A stretch of 64,000 nucleotides of DNA from Lingula anatina (taxonomy: Eukaryota; Animalia; Brachiopoda): assembly GCA_051362555.1 (NCBI GenBank), contig CM120640.1:14880001-14944000 (forward strand). Reading direction: 5' to 3'. The stretch's first letter is position 1; every line of letters starts with the position of its first letter. Both the position numbers and the translations under genes were made by a program. Below, in pieces: positions 1 to 14,100 of this stretch. The notes under the pieces were generated by a model. That model was not told where the DNA came from and ran no database searches. It saw nothing but the letters and a program-made list of their open reading frames with translations.

Positions 1-6
1 TGAAAC

Positions 7-3000
7 ATGGGTCGATACACAGGGAAAACATGTCGGCTTATCAGCATGCTGACCATCACATTTAGTTTTTTTGTGGTGGAAATAGTTGTCGGCTACATTG
101 TGAACTCTATTGCCCTTGTAGCAGACTCTTTTCATATGCTGTCTGATGTGGTTGCATTAATAGTTGGCTTGGCTTCCGTTAGAGTAAGTATGAGTCTGAT
201 TTTAATTAAGTACTATGAAAATGAAAATTATTTGAACTTGATGATTTTGATGATGATTAGTGCAATGTTATTTGCTCTGATTAAAAAGAAATTCCCTTAT
301 AAAATATATCAGTTAACTGAAATGTTGTTAATTACGGTAATCTGGTATTATTAGCATAAAGTCATGTGAAATGTAAGAATATATATAATGCATGTGCACA
401 TATAGCTTAACTTAAGCCTTTTTATTTAGTAGTTTATATATTTCTTTTAATTGTTTGATCTGGGCTACAAGTGAGAGCATTCATTGGTGGTTTGTGCCCT
501 AGATTCATGAGTAAGCTGATATGTATGTGTGGGCATAACCTATGTAAGCAATGGAATAGCTCAATGGAAGATATCGGATGATAAATCTTATGTGGTTTGG
601 TACACTTTTCTAAAAAAATAATGCAAAATGCATTTATGTGTAAAGTCTCAAAAAGTAACATTATATACTTCTCCCACAAATTTCTAATATTGCATGGGAG
701 CAGTAAGAAAAATATCACAGTTATCATCAATCACTTAAAGAGTCCATGCATAAATGACCTTGAGAATAATACATTTCATGCGGTCATCATTACAAAGCCA
801 TGAACAGTATGAAAATGATCTCCCCGCATATTTAGCAATATTATTTAAGTTCTCTGTAGACAAAAAGCAATACTGAAGCAGTGGTTAATTATGTAAGTTA
901 GCCACAGTAAAACACTGTACACTACCTATGCTCATCACGCTGTCAGTCATGTAAGATCTTTGCATGGGTCTAGTAAAGGTCTATCAGAAATTATAATACC
1001 TATTATTAAATTTAGGACATTGAAGAATCAAGTCAATCATTTTAGTGTTGTGGACATTACCAATATTTTTATCTCATAGAATATGATAGATTATTGAACA
1101 ATGCACTAGCCCTGTCTTTAATTAGTCACTGGGCCGGGTGCTGAGAGCCATGGCTGTCAGGAAGGGATCAGTGAGATTCAGGCAGCAGGGCATATGTTGT
1201 ATGGCTTCAAAGCCGCTGTCTGTAATTCTATAAGCAGTTGCTTTTGTTTGATGACAGACATCTACCTTGTTCGAGATTTTATATGGAGCATAGTTTGGAA
1301 ACTTGAATGGCTTTGTAAAGACATATTATAGATGCTTGCCTTTATGAATTAGATTGGGGTGTATTCTCTAAGTTGCCTTGTGCGGTGAGAACAATTGTCA
1401 TGGTCTGTAAGTGATACCTGACCGCTTTGGTAGAATGGTCATGGTCGAACTCTTTTGGACAAGTTGAGGTGAACTCTGATATGCTTAACTTCCAGATCTT
1501 CTTCAGAATTATTTAATGCTATTGAATACCTGGCTTAAGCTTTACAACCTTTTAAGAATTCAAGTGGCTGTAATCTTTTAGATTTTGAAAAAAATAATTA
1601 ATGATATTTCTTTTTGTTTATCTGTTTCTGTAATCAAGGTACAGCTAAGGAACTTAATTGTACTCTTTTCACAAGTTTTTTGCTTTTTTCCTTCCTACTG
1701 TTTGAGGGGAAGTTAATTAACTGGCTGGTCAAACATGGTACTAGTATAGGTGATTCTTTCAACATAAGAGCCTATTGAGTTGTCAACATCTCAAAATACA
1801 ACTATATGCAGGTATATTGTTGAAATATAATGCTTAGTGTGAAAAGGTCAGATTTTAAGGTTATCTTAATCCACAACTGGGTGTATAACCTTCGAAATTC
1901 ATAGTATAGCAGATTAACATAACATAAACAATAACATGTTTAAGGTTTATCAGGTATTTCATGCAAGTTTTTTGGTTTTCTTTTTACAGATAGCCAGAAA
2001 GTCGTCAAAGAAAAATACATTTGGCTGGGCCCGGGCTGAAGTGCTGGGTGCCCTCTTCAATGCAGTCTTTCTTGTAGCCTTGTGCTTTTCCATTTTTGTG
2101 GAAGCATTGCAAAGGTTGATAGAAAATGAAAAAATTGAAGACCCCAAATTGATGTTAATAGTCGGGGGATTGGGACTTCTTATTAATATCGTTGGACTTT
2201 TCTTGTTCCGAGGAGGTCACGGTAAGACTTTAATAGCAGATTTGTTATTCGGTTATCCGAAGTTTGCTTATAAGTTAATGTCTACTTTAAATTAGTTTTT
2301 TGTCATGAGTCTATAGTGACTGTCTTAATTATAAGTCCAGCAATTTGACATCATTAGATATGTTTGGTAAAATACTAATTGCTATTAATTATCTAATTAA
2401 TGCAGTGCACATGTACACACATGCAGACTCACTAGTTTAAGAAGCCTATCAGTATTCACATTGTGGACAGACTATAATGACATGCCAAGCATATCGGTGA
2501 CTGTTTAGAGGTCACACTGTTACAGCAATGCAATGGTTTATATAAGAGAACTATTTGGGGACCCATTCCTATTACTATTAAATATCACAGTGAGTAAGTG
2601 TAGCACAGTGAATGTTTGACTGATGGTTTTCTGCCTGCTACTAAGTGATTTAAAACTATGACATTGGACTAGGTTGCAAATGAATATATCATATTGCCTC
2701 TCTACATCTGAAACAGAAGTCTTAGAATTGATTTTTTCCTCTTTGACACTAATCAGATCATTTTCAATATATATATATATGTTTTATTAAATTATATTTA
2801 TTAGTAAATCTTAAAGCTAAATGACTACTTTAAGACCATTTGATCAAAGACATCTAACACCTGTATCATATAACACCTGCGTTACAAATTATGCAAGTCT
2901 GCTAAAGGTCATCAATTTTTCCTCCGACTGGTTCCTATTCGAGGCACATTATTGTTTGCATTTTTATTGGTCACCGCTTATAAATGTTTGCTGTCTACAT

Positions 3001-6000
3001 TTATAGTGCAGATTATACACCGCTGTGCTGCAAATATAAATGATACATCTTCTCCTAACATTCTGTTTACATGTTTCCCACTGACATGCATACACCCTCC
3101 CACACACACACACACAAATGCGGGTGCGTGCACACACACACATAAACACACACTCAAAGAGGGAGATTGCATAGCAATTAATTATTGTGGGATCATTTCA
3201 TTTTCTGATTGTTGAATTCAAAGTAAAATGCAGTTATTAATTATTAACACTCAGAGATAAAAGATGAACACGAAATGATCCAGTGTGTTTGAGTGCAGAG
3301 CAGCAGCTGTGTATGGATTAGAAAGAGAATGCCACCCATGCAGTTTCTGTAGTAATCAATCAAAATGGCCAGATAGATTAACTGATCTATTTTAGAGGAC
3401 AAGAGAGACATTAACTGTGTGTGTAAATGTTGAAGCTTTTAAAAACGTCTACTCCAAGCACTATGTCTAATTGGCAGACTACCAACAGGTTAATATTCAC
3501 TGTGAATGGTGAGATTGTATCTGATTCAGCAATTTCCTCTTCCCTCCAAACATTTTTTCAAAAATTACCATTTTGAGGGTTATAAAGTCAACAATTTGGG
3601 TAATGTGAAAGTGACTGTAATCCATCGTTTCTCTATTCATTAGCTTCTGTATATAAATGAAAAAATGGTAAGCCAATCATCTGATGGCTGGCAGTCCATC
3701 ATGATAATGAGAATGAGATTAAATCTAGGGGTCATAACCAGAATTTAATATTTCTGTTCATATTGATTACTATCTAAAAACTTGATGTAATCCACTGGAG
3801 ATGTGTTTTGTAATATGTGTCCCAATGTTTCTTCTAGGTTGATAAATGCTGATTCATTGTCATAGATTTTAATTAATTGTCATGGTCAACACATTGTCCT
3901 TTAACGGATCTCCCTGTCTACCCAAAAAGACCACTAGTCACAGCCCATGTCATCAAGATGGACTGTCAGCCATTGCACTATTGTTTTTTATTATTTTTTT
4001 TTCCATCTATAAAATGAACTGTGCCTCCAATCTAACTACATACCTAACGGTTCCTTTTCCTCACCTGTTTCTATGTCAGGTTACTCTTGGAATCATCTCA
4101 GTTGAATGTCTTTGTGTTATTATTGCAGGACACTCACATGGAGGTGGTGGAGAGGAGGATAGTAGTGAAGACAGTGATGTGACAGAGCCCCTGAACTCGG
4201 ACGTCCCCCTGGAGGTGGTGTCCGTAGAAGATGGGAAAGCTACGGAAGGCGCAGATGGCACACCCAACTCTAATGAGATAAAAGCAGGCCAAACAGAGGG
4301 CAGGGATCATGGCCACGCGCATAAAAGAGGGCATGGGCACTCGCATGGAGGCAAAAAAGCTAGTAAGTATTATAGTCTATTATAGAAGCAGTTGATATTT
4401 GTGCTTCAGGTCACGTTACGTATGATTATGCATCGTCTCTGAGAATTGGCTACATGTGGTGTGCGTTAATAAAAAAAAAAACTTTAAACTAAGAAGTCAA
4501 TCAGAATCTGCAAAATATTGCAGGAGATATGTATAGTTCATTTTTGCTTATTTTTTAGGTTCTGCTGCTCAACTCAACATGCGAGGTGTATTCCTCCATG
4601 TGTTGGGGGATGCCCTGGGATCTGTGATTGTTATCATAAGTGCACTTGTCATCTGGTTTGTTGAAGATGAGTCTTGGAAGTACAAAGTTGACCCAGCAAT
4701 GAGGTAAAAAAAAAAAAAAAAGACTCCAGAGTCTCTGAGAGAGAGAGAGTGAGAGTGAGTCTCTCTCTCTCATGTACTGATCATGTATTTTGGTTCAGAC
4801 AACTTAACTGATTTGATGATGTATCATACATCTTTCATGCTCTTATGCACTGTTCATTTGTATTGAAACCAATGTACACTGACAACTGTTATTAACTCCT
4901 GCTTTATATTTCCAGTATCTTGCTGGTGTGCATTATCCTGTCAACCACTATACCTCTGTGTAAGTATTCAGAAACTAATGGAAATTGAGACAAGTTTCAT
5001 TGAGTCTGTAAATAATATCGCAGAGAATTTATGAAAATCAGAATCTTACTTTTTTGGAATGTTGTTGAGGGTTTTGGCAGAAATGGATATAGGAATTGCC
5101 TTGTAATTCAGAATGCTAAGTATTGAATGACAGCATTTTGTGTTTAAGTTGGATTAAAGTGGATATGTTCTTGCAAGTTAGAAGCAATTTGAGGCGTCTT
5201 CTTTATGTGCTTATAAATGTGTACTTATTAATGGTTATTATCAATTCTAAGATAAGGCTACTAATGACTGGCAGTGGGCTGTTGGCTGTCATTTACCAGT
5301 ACATTAATTTTCTAAATCTTTTTTTCAGTAAAAGAATCTGCTTTGATTTTACTGCAAACTGCCCCAACGCATATAAGGATACAGGATATCCAGGAGAAAC
5401 TTATTAAAAATGTGAGTATATATATCGCGATAATTCATGATCCCTAGAGTCAGCTGTGTGAATTTAGTGCCATCACTTAGTGCAGATTAAGCACTTGCTG
5501 ATGGTGCACCATGTTGTACACATTGCTATCATATATCATGCCAGTTTCTGCTGTTGGCAGTTTCAGATTATGATCTTAACTGCAATGCCCCGTTACTGAA
5601 AAACTGCGATTACTCAAAAAAATAATAAAAATAAAAAAAAGTGGTGATCCCTAAGAAAAGGGGAGAAATGGCCAGGAGGGCTAACCTTGAATCCACTTAT
5701 GTTTCAGGTTCCTGGTGTACTAGCAATCCATGAATTCCACGTGTGGCAGTTAACTGGGAACAGGATCATTGCTACAGGGCACATTCAATGCCTGAACCTC
5801 AGTGAATACAAACGTATTGCAGAGGATGTCAAACAGTTCTTCCATAATGAGGGAATACACTCCACAACTATTCAGCCTGAGTTTTTGGAGGTGGGTATGC
5901 AATTTGGAGTAAATTAAAGATGGCATGAAAAAGTAAATTGATTTGCCTTTGAGAGTCCTGGCCATGTTTCTTTCTTTCAGAAGAGACAAAGAAAACCATG

Positions 6001-6408
6001 AACAAAAGATTTTGGTTTTTATATTTAATATTAAAAAGAAATAGTTTGCTGTAGAGATTTAAATATGGAACGAAAGGAAAAACTTTTATTATGGTGAAGT
6101 TTAAATCAATCAGTATATTGAAATGGAATCATTCATGATTTTAGACTGGGAATGATGGAGATGTGATGGCCAATGGAAGGGCGTGCGCACTGGAGTGTGG
6201 CCCAGGAAAACCTTGCTTTCCTAACACCTGCTGTGCCAGGAAAGAAAATAACACCACTGGCAGTAGGGACCCAAGCCAAAGCCCGGACATATCAGATACA
6301 AGGAATGGAACACCTGCAGTTTCCCCAAAAGTGGACCACTTGGATGTGGGTCACGTTGGACCCCAAACAGGCGATAATATCAGTGGGGATGTCAACACAA
6401 AGCTTTGA
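7..6408 (+). CDS. SLC30A1: Zinc transporter ZnT1-like (CDF family zinc exporter), 8 coding exons, about 453 aa
   Basis: Exons 7-183, 1990-2221, 4129-4362, 4559-4703, 4916-4959, 5329-5411, 5708-5890, 6145-6408. All introns are GT-AG and phases are consistent (1362 nt). CDF motifs: ALVADSFHMLSD (TM2), NTFGWARAEVLGALFNA, His-rich loop (GHSHGG...HGHAHKRGHGHSHGG), LNMRGVFLHVLGDALGSV (TM5), IHEFHVWQL, GIHSTTIQPEF, and a Cys-rich tail (CALECGPGKPCFPNTCC). His in HMLSD favours ZnT1 over ZnT10. Confidence 0.93.
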
Positions 6409-9400
6409 TACCATGGAGAAGACTTGGAACCTTTTTTTTTTTTCTAGCTTGTATTGAAGGTATATTTTATTGGAGCAGTCTCACTGCAGGTGACGAATAT
6501 ATTTGAGAACCACTGTGACACTTCATAGAGATTGAATGGAAGATGGCTGTTTGTTTTCTGTGTGAAGTTGCATTGCTCTCTGTGAACAGTGGGTTACAAG
6601 GGTTTTGGCTCGGTGGTACCTGTAATGACTTTTCTGCAGGGCAGATGAGTAGTGAAGTCTCGGAGACTGATTTGTATGTATTATTTAATTTATTTTCATT
6701 TTCATCTTATCTCTTTATCTCTGTTAGTAAGAAACCAAAGCATGAGCAGTGCGTTGTTTTTTTCTCTCCACTGGCAGAAGAGCGTGGATGTGTTGGAAGA
6801 TTTCAAGCAAGTCTGCAAGTACACTGCATTCCCCTTAGCATTGGGTTTGATTTTTAGCAAGAGCAAGGTTCCTGTACTGCATTGGCTATCTAAAAACACT
6901 GGTCTAAATACCATGACCAACCTTGATAGTTTGCACACTAAGGTAACTGTTGTTTGTTGTATCATGAAGTATTTTTGAAAATGTAATAACAGCAACAACT
7001 TCATCTGGGATCAATAAGATTAATCAGGTTTAAAATGAGGACAGTATTGGCTATAATGTTTAATAGCATGACATACAGTTAAGTGTGTTTGGTGTTCATT
7101 GCTTCAAACTTTATCTTCATCAAATGTGAGGAGCTTTTTTTTTTTATCCAGAAACTCCTTTAATTTACATATGTAGAGAGCAGAGGCATATTATCATATG
7201 CAGAATTCATTGTGTTGCCACATTGCTATACTGAATGTATGCCTAGTGAGATTTCTGTGAAATCTAATTTTTAGCCTGTTATATTTATAATACAAATCCT
7301 AAACAGGGTGATGGTAAAAAATTTGAGGATGTCTTTACATTGTAAATATCACTGAGAATGTAAATATCCAACATTATGAGTTGTAAACAATAGTTACTTA
7401 TTAAATGTTTTTATTGTTTATATAGCTCTGCCACCACTTCAGTAACCATTTGCTTAACCCAGATTCGCCCTAATTTCCAGAGGTTACTGTGAGCTCCCCT
7501 GTACATTATCTGCATGCCGCTTTTGCTTCCAGTAAATGAATGAGGATAATATGGATTTCCCAGTGACCTCAGCTAAGGTTGGACAAGGTGTGCTATTGCT
7601 GTGGCAATAAAACCAGCATTTTGCGTCAAATGCGGACGCCTAACTTTTCTAGCCTTCTGTGTGATTTTTGGACAACAGATTTAATTGCTTTCTTGATAAC
7701 TTTTATGTATTCCTTAGGACATAGAGATTATGCATTTGGATCAGTCAAATATGAATACAGCAGTAGCACACCCTGTGCACCAAAAGTTTCAGAGGTTACT
7801 GGAAATTTCACCTCTGTATTATCAGCATGTTCCTGCCATTTTAAATATTTTTAGCTTAGGGTGTCTTTGCCTAGCTATACCTTAGAAATTGCATTTGTTT
7901 AAATATATATATTATATTGTTCTTTTTTTTTCACATGTCATTGTAGTCAAAAATTTAATATTGGCTGTTGAACTCTTAAATATGATTTTTTTTTTTTTTT
8001 TTTGTTGTTGTTGTTGAACTGTGAAGTAATGCGAATATATTATGATTGCTTTAGCCAACGTCTCGGATGAGATTTAGATATGGTCCTAGCAAGAGGTAGT
8101 GTCTATTTTAGTATAATACGTATTACAAGAGCTCTTATTTCTAGTCTAGTACAACATCATATTCTGTATTTTGCTGGATTAATCTGTTGTAGCACCTTGA
8201 TGACAGCTATTACTTGTAGTAAATATTTTCAATTTTCTGCACAAAGTAGGGAACTGAACTATTTTACCCAGAAACAAAATACCAGCTAGTCTGATTTTAT
8301 ATTATTACTGATCTTACTTCATTGGAAATATTGTTTTTATTATATTTTATGATTCTGTTGAGTTGTGTAATGTAAGATAATTTACTATATATATTACACA
8401 GAAAAATTAAAAACTATTTATATGAAGGATATTTGGGAGTTCTTTTTATCGTAAAGGAAGATTACAAAAGTTATCATTTCAAACAATTGATAACATTTCA
8501 ATGCGGGGCATCTTCAATTATCTAAACTCTTGGTTAAGTATGTTGAATGTTTCACCAAAAAATTGTTTGCTCCATTTTGATTAGCGGACGTTGAAATTTT
8601 ACCGATCCGAGTCCACTTCATACGCCAGGGTATGTGATCTGTGACAACCTCAAGCCGTGTCTTATATTTTTGGTTGATATGTACATCAAAAATGATCAAG
8701 TCATTTAAGAAATATTTGGACTTGATGTCATAATTGCATTCACGGTTATTCTCATCTATTTATCAGTATGTGCCCCTTTTCTCTTATCGTTCCAAACATG
8801 ATATATAACATTCGTATTTTGTCAAGTTTTTTTCCCGTCCTTTCATTATCAACCGAGTATCTGTCAATGATACATCTACGCGGGTGTTATGAAACGCTTA
8901 GGTGGTGAATATTTGCTAATTTATTGTGCATTTATCGATTGTCAGCCTTTGTTTCACTAACAACAGATGGCAGCTTACGAAAGTTCCCGTTAAGGCCTAA
9001 GAACGAAGATTTAGAATATAAGCATATCCTTGTGTTTCTGAATAGGCCTCTTTGCCCACAATCACTATCACCACCATCCAATTCTTTAAAAAAGTGTTTA
9101 ACAAAATGATTGCGTGTGCAAATAAACATTGTATTTTCCCAACGTTATGATGAGGGGTTATTTTCAATAAATTAAATATTTATCCACATGTGGGTTTTGT
9201 GCCATTAGTAGTCGCTTCTTAGTAAAGAAATGTATATGCTGGTTTTTTACGTGGATGAATGTAATCACAAAGTTTTATGAACCTAGATCCTACAATCAGT
9301 GTCTATATAGTTCATTGTATTAACGAACATGCATTATACATCTCCGTGGATGTCGTCGTAAGCACACTGCCAGTGTTGAGATTCCTGTTTAAATTGACTG

Positions 9401-9672
9401 TGCTCGTACATAGCTTTGTGTAGAGTCTAAACGATTCCTTGTAAGACATAAAACATTTTAGCCTGTATGAAATTCTTGCAAGTATTGTTAAGTCGAATAC
9501 AATAAAATTTGATTCAAGTAAGTTTTCCTATTTCATACAGTGGAATCAGATTCCATGAGAGAATAAAACTTAAGGTTGTATTTGTAACAAGAGAATCCCT
9601 GGGGTCTCCGAACAGTCAGCAATTTTGAGTCAATTCAGTCAATCGCATACGGACCTTTTCTTCCTTGTCAGA

Positions 9673-11197
9673 TTAGCCATAGCAAATCAATTTACCAATA
9701 GTCAGAACACCTCTTTCTTGCACATGATGAGCTGGCTGGTATGAACTTCCTGTAAAAGTGAGAATTTATTTTACCCAAACTGAAAACTTAACGTACTTAT
9801 TTATCCTACATTAGGCCTAGATTCTACCTTTTGATGGTGACATATAAACCTTTTACGTTCAAGTATTTTAATAGCATATATGAACCTTATATATATAATA
9901 ACTTAGATCGATTCTCATATATCCTTCAACATTCAGTTGTATTTGCATTATACGTGTTAATTTTTTTGTTGTATTTTAAAATAAATTATGAATACTATTA
10001 TTATTATCATTATGACTGCATAAACAAATGGTGATCTACGCCACTTGCAACCAGCCACTTGCAACCACAGTTTTAAAAACTGCAATTTTGTAGAAAACAT
10101 AGCATTTTTGTTTAGATCTTGATAACGGTCGAGCTAAAACTTCTTAACAAACAAAGGCCCGAAAGAAGACGTGAAGCGACTGCGGTCATGGGCATCGTGT
10201 AAAATTTTAACTCCTCTCCATTTTACTTAAACGAAAAAGAGTAACATGACACTGAAGAGTAACGTAATGTTTTATGTCGCGTCACTACAACTTCACTATA
10301 ACTAATATAAAATTGATCTAAGTGACGTGTAAGGTTCCTACGGGCCATCGAACAGTAAAAGCTACCTGTATCGCCAATCTTGACACCGGTAATGGGGAGA
10401 TCGGCTCTGTTGGTTACCAGCCCGGAGTCTTCTCGCCAAGTCTCGTCATTCTTGTCACAATGGCATTTCAAGTTGTCCACGCAAGATCCGGTCATGCCGC
10501 ACTCGCACATACCACTACCCGGGGAGGCACCAGACCAATAGTTGGCCATCTCCAGTGACCGGGTAAGCCAGTACGTTAGGGTCATATTCTTCTCGGGGTG
10601 GTGAATGGCTGCTCCGAAACATTGCCACGAGAGGTATTGCTGGCAGTTCTGTGAAACGTCGACAAGTTTTGCCACTTGCTGCACAGAGGCTTTGTTGTAG
10701 GTAACATAACGGAATCCCTCTCCAGCACCTTCGAACCCTTGGATGTGGTTCTCACCTTCATTGTCATGACCTAACGAGATACAGAAACGAAATGGTTATA
10801 CCTTGCAATTTTTTCGTCTAATTGTAAATATTGTACTCATCGTATAATGGCACCATTTTATGGCAATATTACAGCAAAATGTCAGAATTCAATCATCTAA
10901 ACATTCCTACCTATATGCAGGACCCAAAATAAATACAAAACGAAAATAATTAGTTGCTATTTAAACTTTGAACTGCCATCAAAATATATTTCAATTGCAA
11001 TAAATGGGGACGCCTGGCGGACTCCAATCGTGTCCTTTGCTTCCATGCATTCTTACCTATGACCGTGTAAGATGCATCTTCTGTCAGGTTGCAGAACACC
11101 GGGAACTGTTCCAGCGGGCCGTCGGGGCCGTCGGGGTCCACAAAAGTTTCTGTGCTTTCAGAGAGACCACGTTTCTTCCACTGGTCACACGAAATAG
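9673..11197 (-). CDS. C-terminal contactin-associated-protein (Caspr/neurexin IV)-type fibrinogen-like domain, 3 exons
   Basis: ISCDQWKKRGLSESTETFVDPDGPDGPLEQFPVFCNLT; CQQYLSWQC; NYWSGASPGSGMCECGMTGSCVDNLKCHCDKNDETWREDSGLVTNRADLPITGVKIGDTG; GVLTIGKLICYG. This matches the Caspr segment (IDPDGxGPL...YWGG..PG..CxC....C....CNCD....WxxDxG....LPV.....GDT...xGxLxCxG). Confidence 0.85.
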
Positions 11198-14100
11198 CTG
11201 TTGTAAGAAACAGAAAACACGATACAAGGTAAGCAACTCGTTAGTACGGTTGGAATGGACAGGAAGGGTAATAAGCGCTCATGGTTTCCTGGATGCATAT
11301 TACATGTATGATCGAGCGTTATACCTAAAGGACCTTTACTTGGAGAAATTTCCAAACTTAAAACGTATCAGTGTCGTGAATATACCAAACTTTACCCGTA
11401 AATTGAAAAAAATTATTAGATAAAAATTAATTAGATAAACATTAATAACGTGCCTGGTTCACAAGGGAAAACGTTGCACTTGATGTGGATGACCGGGTTG
11501 CCTTCACACTTGTTGTAAATGGTACAGCTCCTGGTTTTATACCGAACTCCTACCCCGCATGTTTTGCTGCATTGGCTCCAAGAACTCCACGAAGTCCATT
11601 CTGGAACTGTAACAAGTACATATAGAAATACAAACAGGAAGTATGGAATTGGCACACGTGGTAATAATTTAAATGTGCACAATCTTAAACTTTAAACGAC
11701 TGTGCATGCTTACAGGGAATCATACAAACATTTGAAGAGAGTAACTACATTTACTATGTTCTGACCGTTGACTTATGACATCATACAGCATATCATTACA
11801 ACACAACACGCCTTGTTGAGATGTAGTCACTGTAAAATTGAAAAACATAAAAAAAAATGAAATTACAAAGGTACTGCAGATTAATCAAAAACACTAGTAA
11901 ATCCCAAAGTAAAATTTTACGAAACCATTTTGTCTAAAACTTAAGTCATTTTCGGTATTGCAAGTGTGACATTATTTGGAACATTCTTATATTGAAAGTA
12001 AGAACTTGCGGTATCCTTACTTACGGTATTAGAAGTGTGACATTTTAAAGAATGTTTTTGAACTGAACTTAAGAACATTTACGTTATTAGGTTAAACAAA
12101 GGTTAGTTCTTACAATAAGTGGTGTCAGCGGCTAAAATGTGCGAAGTATACTGAAATACGTGCTTCAGATACGCTACGACCTGAAAACGAGAACTAACAA
12201 AAGGTTCGCTGACACTAACCCTCCTAAACGATATCACTTTACACATAAACGCTAACAGAATTAGTTCGTGTTCAACTAAAAAGCTGCCTTGCGATCAAAT
12301 ATAGAGTTTTAAAATACAATTACAAACGGTTACCCCTTATAATACAATGATATACACCAGGCAAAGCATAGTGAAGCTTTGAGTGAAAAGACATGGGACT
12401 AATTCACAACATGAAATTATCCTGATTAAATCTGCACCGTTACTGAATACTGAACGCTTTGAATTTTTAAAAAGCATAATGAACACTAAAAAATTCATTT
12501 AAAAACTTATAATCAAAATAAAATGCTTACTTTAACACCTACAGTAAATGGAGATGCGTCTGCCGAGAATGGAGTGTATCGTGTACTGAATGTGGAACAT
12601 TCTATGCACAATCTAGTAGAGGTTCCAGGCCAATGAGACCTGGCCAACACCCATCACTAGATTGAAACCGCCACTACCCGTCATACAATAATTTGGCCCA
12701 AAAACGGTGAGTTCAATGGGACTGACAAAGCGAGAGGGGCTATAAATCTATAGTTTATTTTGCATTATCCTGGAAACAACTTTAAAGATATTTAAAAATA
12801 CAAAAGAAAGTGACAAGTAGTTTCAGCACATACCGTACCATGATTCTGCAGTATACACTGGTTCTTATAGTATTTAATACTAATATTGGTGCCATCAGGA
12901 AGGCGTCAACATCCAAGGCGGCTGAACTCCCAAGTCGAAAGTACGTTTAGTATAGAGAGATAATTCTAGCATTTTGTCTCTTTTTCACACAATATGCACT
13001 CAAAATAGTTTGTGCATATACATATCTTGGCTTTCATCGTCCCAAATTCACCCATAAAATATAGCACAGGTGCTGTACTCAATACTGATTTCAGTTAGCC
13101 ATCCGATGCACATGATGTGTAATTACTCTGTGTAATAACGGTTAACAATGTTTCAGTTATACCAATTCTGTGTCAAACCATTGTACAAACATTTAAATTG
13201 CTTTTTACAATTTCCACACATGCATACGTTCTGCGTTGGTTCTGGTTCGAATATATAAAACATGGCGGTTCCAGAGAACAAATAAGAAGGCTGCCCTCAC
13301 TGCGCCTGGATCCTAAATATGGAACGATTACATACTTTTGCCAAACCAGATAACGTAATGTATTGCCTAAGCACGTTTTACACCGTGCCGTGTTCTTTAG
13401 AAACAACGCAGCACAAAGTAATGACACGTTGACGTTACTTACTTGGACATGGTTGTTCGTTGCAGGGTTCCATCTCCCCCCATATCCCTGGACAGTCATC
13501 TCCTCCATGAAAAGGTCCCACACAGGTCCGATTTCTAGTCCTCGTCCCGCCGGCACAAGTTACATTACAGTTGCTCCAGTTTTCCCATTCAGTGAAATAT
13601 CCATGTACTTGTTTGCAAAAACATATCAAAGATTTATTTGCTTTATTCAAGATTCAAACTTGTATGTGACTAAACGTGTTGAATTATTCGGATGGCAGGC
13701 ATTGTAACCAAATAAACATATATAATGTATAGTATTAGACTTGAAATCGTTGACAAAGTAATTAATGAGGTAGTTGAAGGAAAATTTAATAGTCTAAGTT
13801 GTCACAGTGTCATAAATGTAAAATGAATATTCTTACTTGGGCAAGGGTGTTCATTGCATGTTTCTCTTTCCGTTGCGGCGCCCTGGCAGGGAAGACCGCC
13901 ATGCTTTGGTGGTTGACAAGTGCGGGTCCGAACGATATGTCCTCCCCCGCAACTGACCTGACACTGACTCCATGGTGACCACTCGGTATAAAACCCATCC
14001 ACTGAAATATTATTGACGAGCGAGTGAGTAAGGGACTTATCGATTAAAGAGGTTGAAGAGGGAAAGGATTCAGGAAGATCTACCTAACATTTAAAGCAGG

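Noticed and set aside
3126-3297. MRE-like TGCRCNC motifs in ZnT1 intron 2 (3126-3135, 3291-3297)
   Set aside because: MTF-1 control of ZnT1 is plausible, but the 7-mer also occurs in unrelated places (about 9114 and 15630) and one hit borders a CA repeat. The promoter is outside the window.
7-6408. Assignment as the manganese transporter ZnT10/SLC30A10
   Set aside because: TM2 has His (HMLSD), not the Asn typical of ZnT10.
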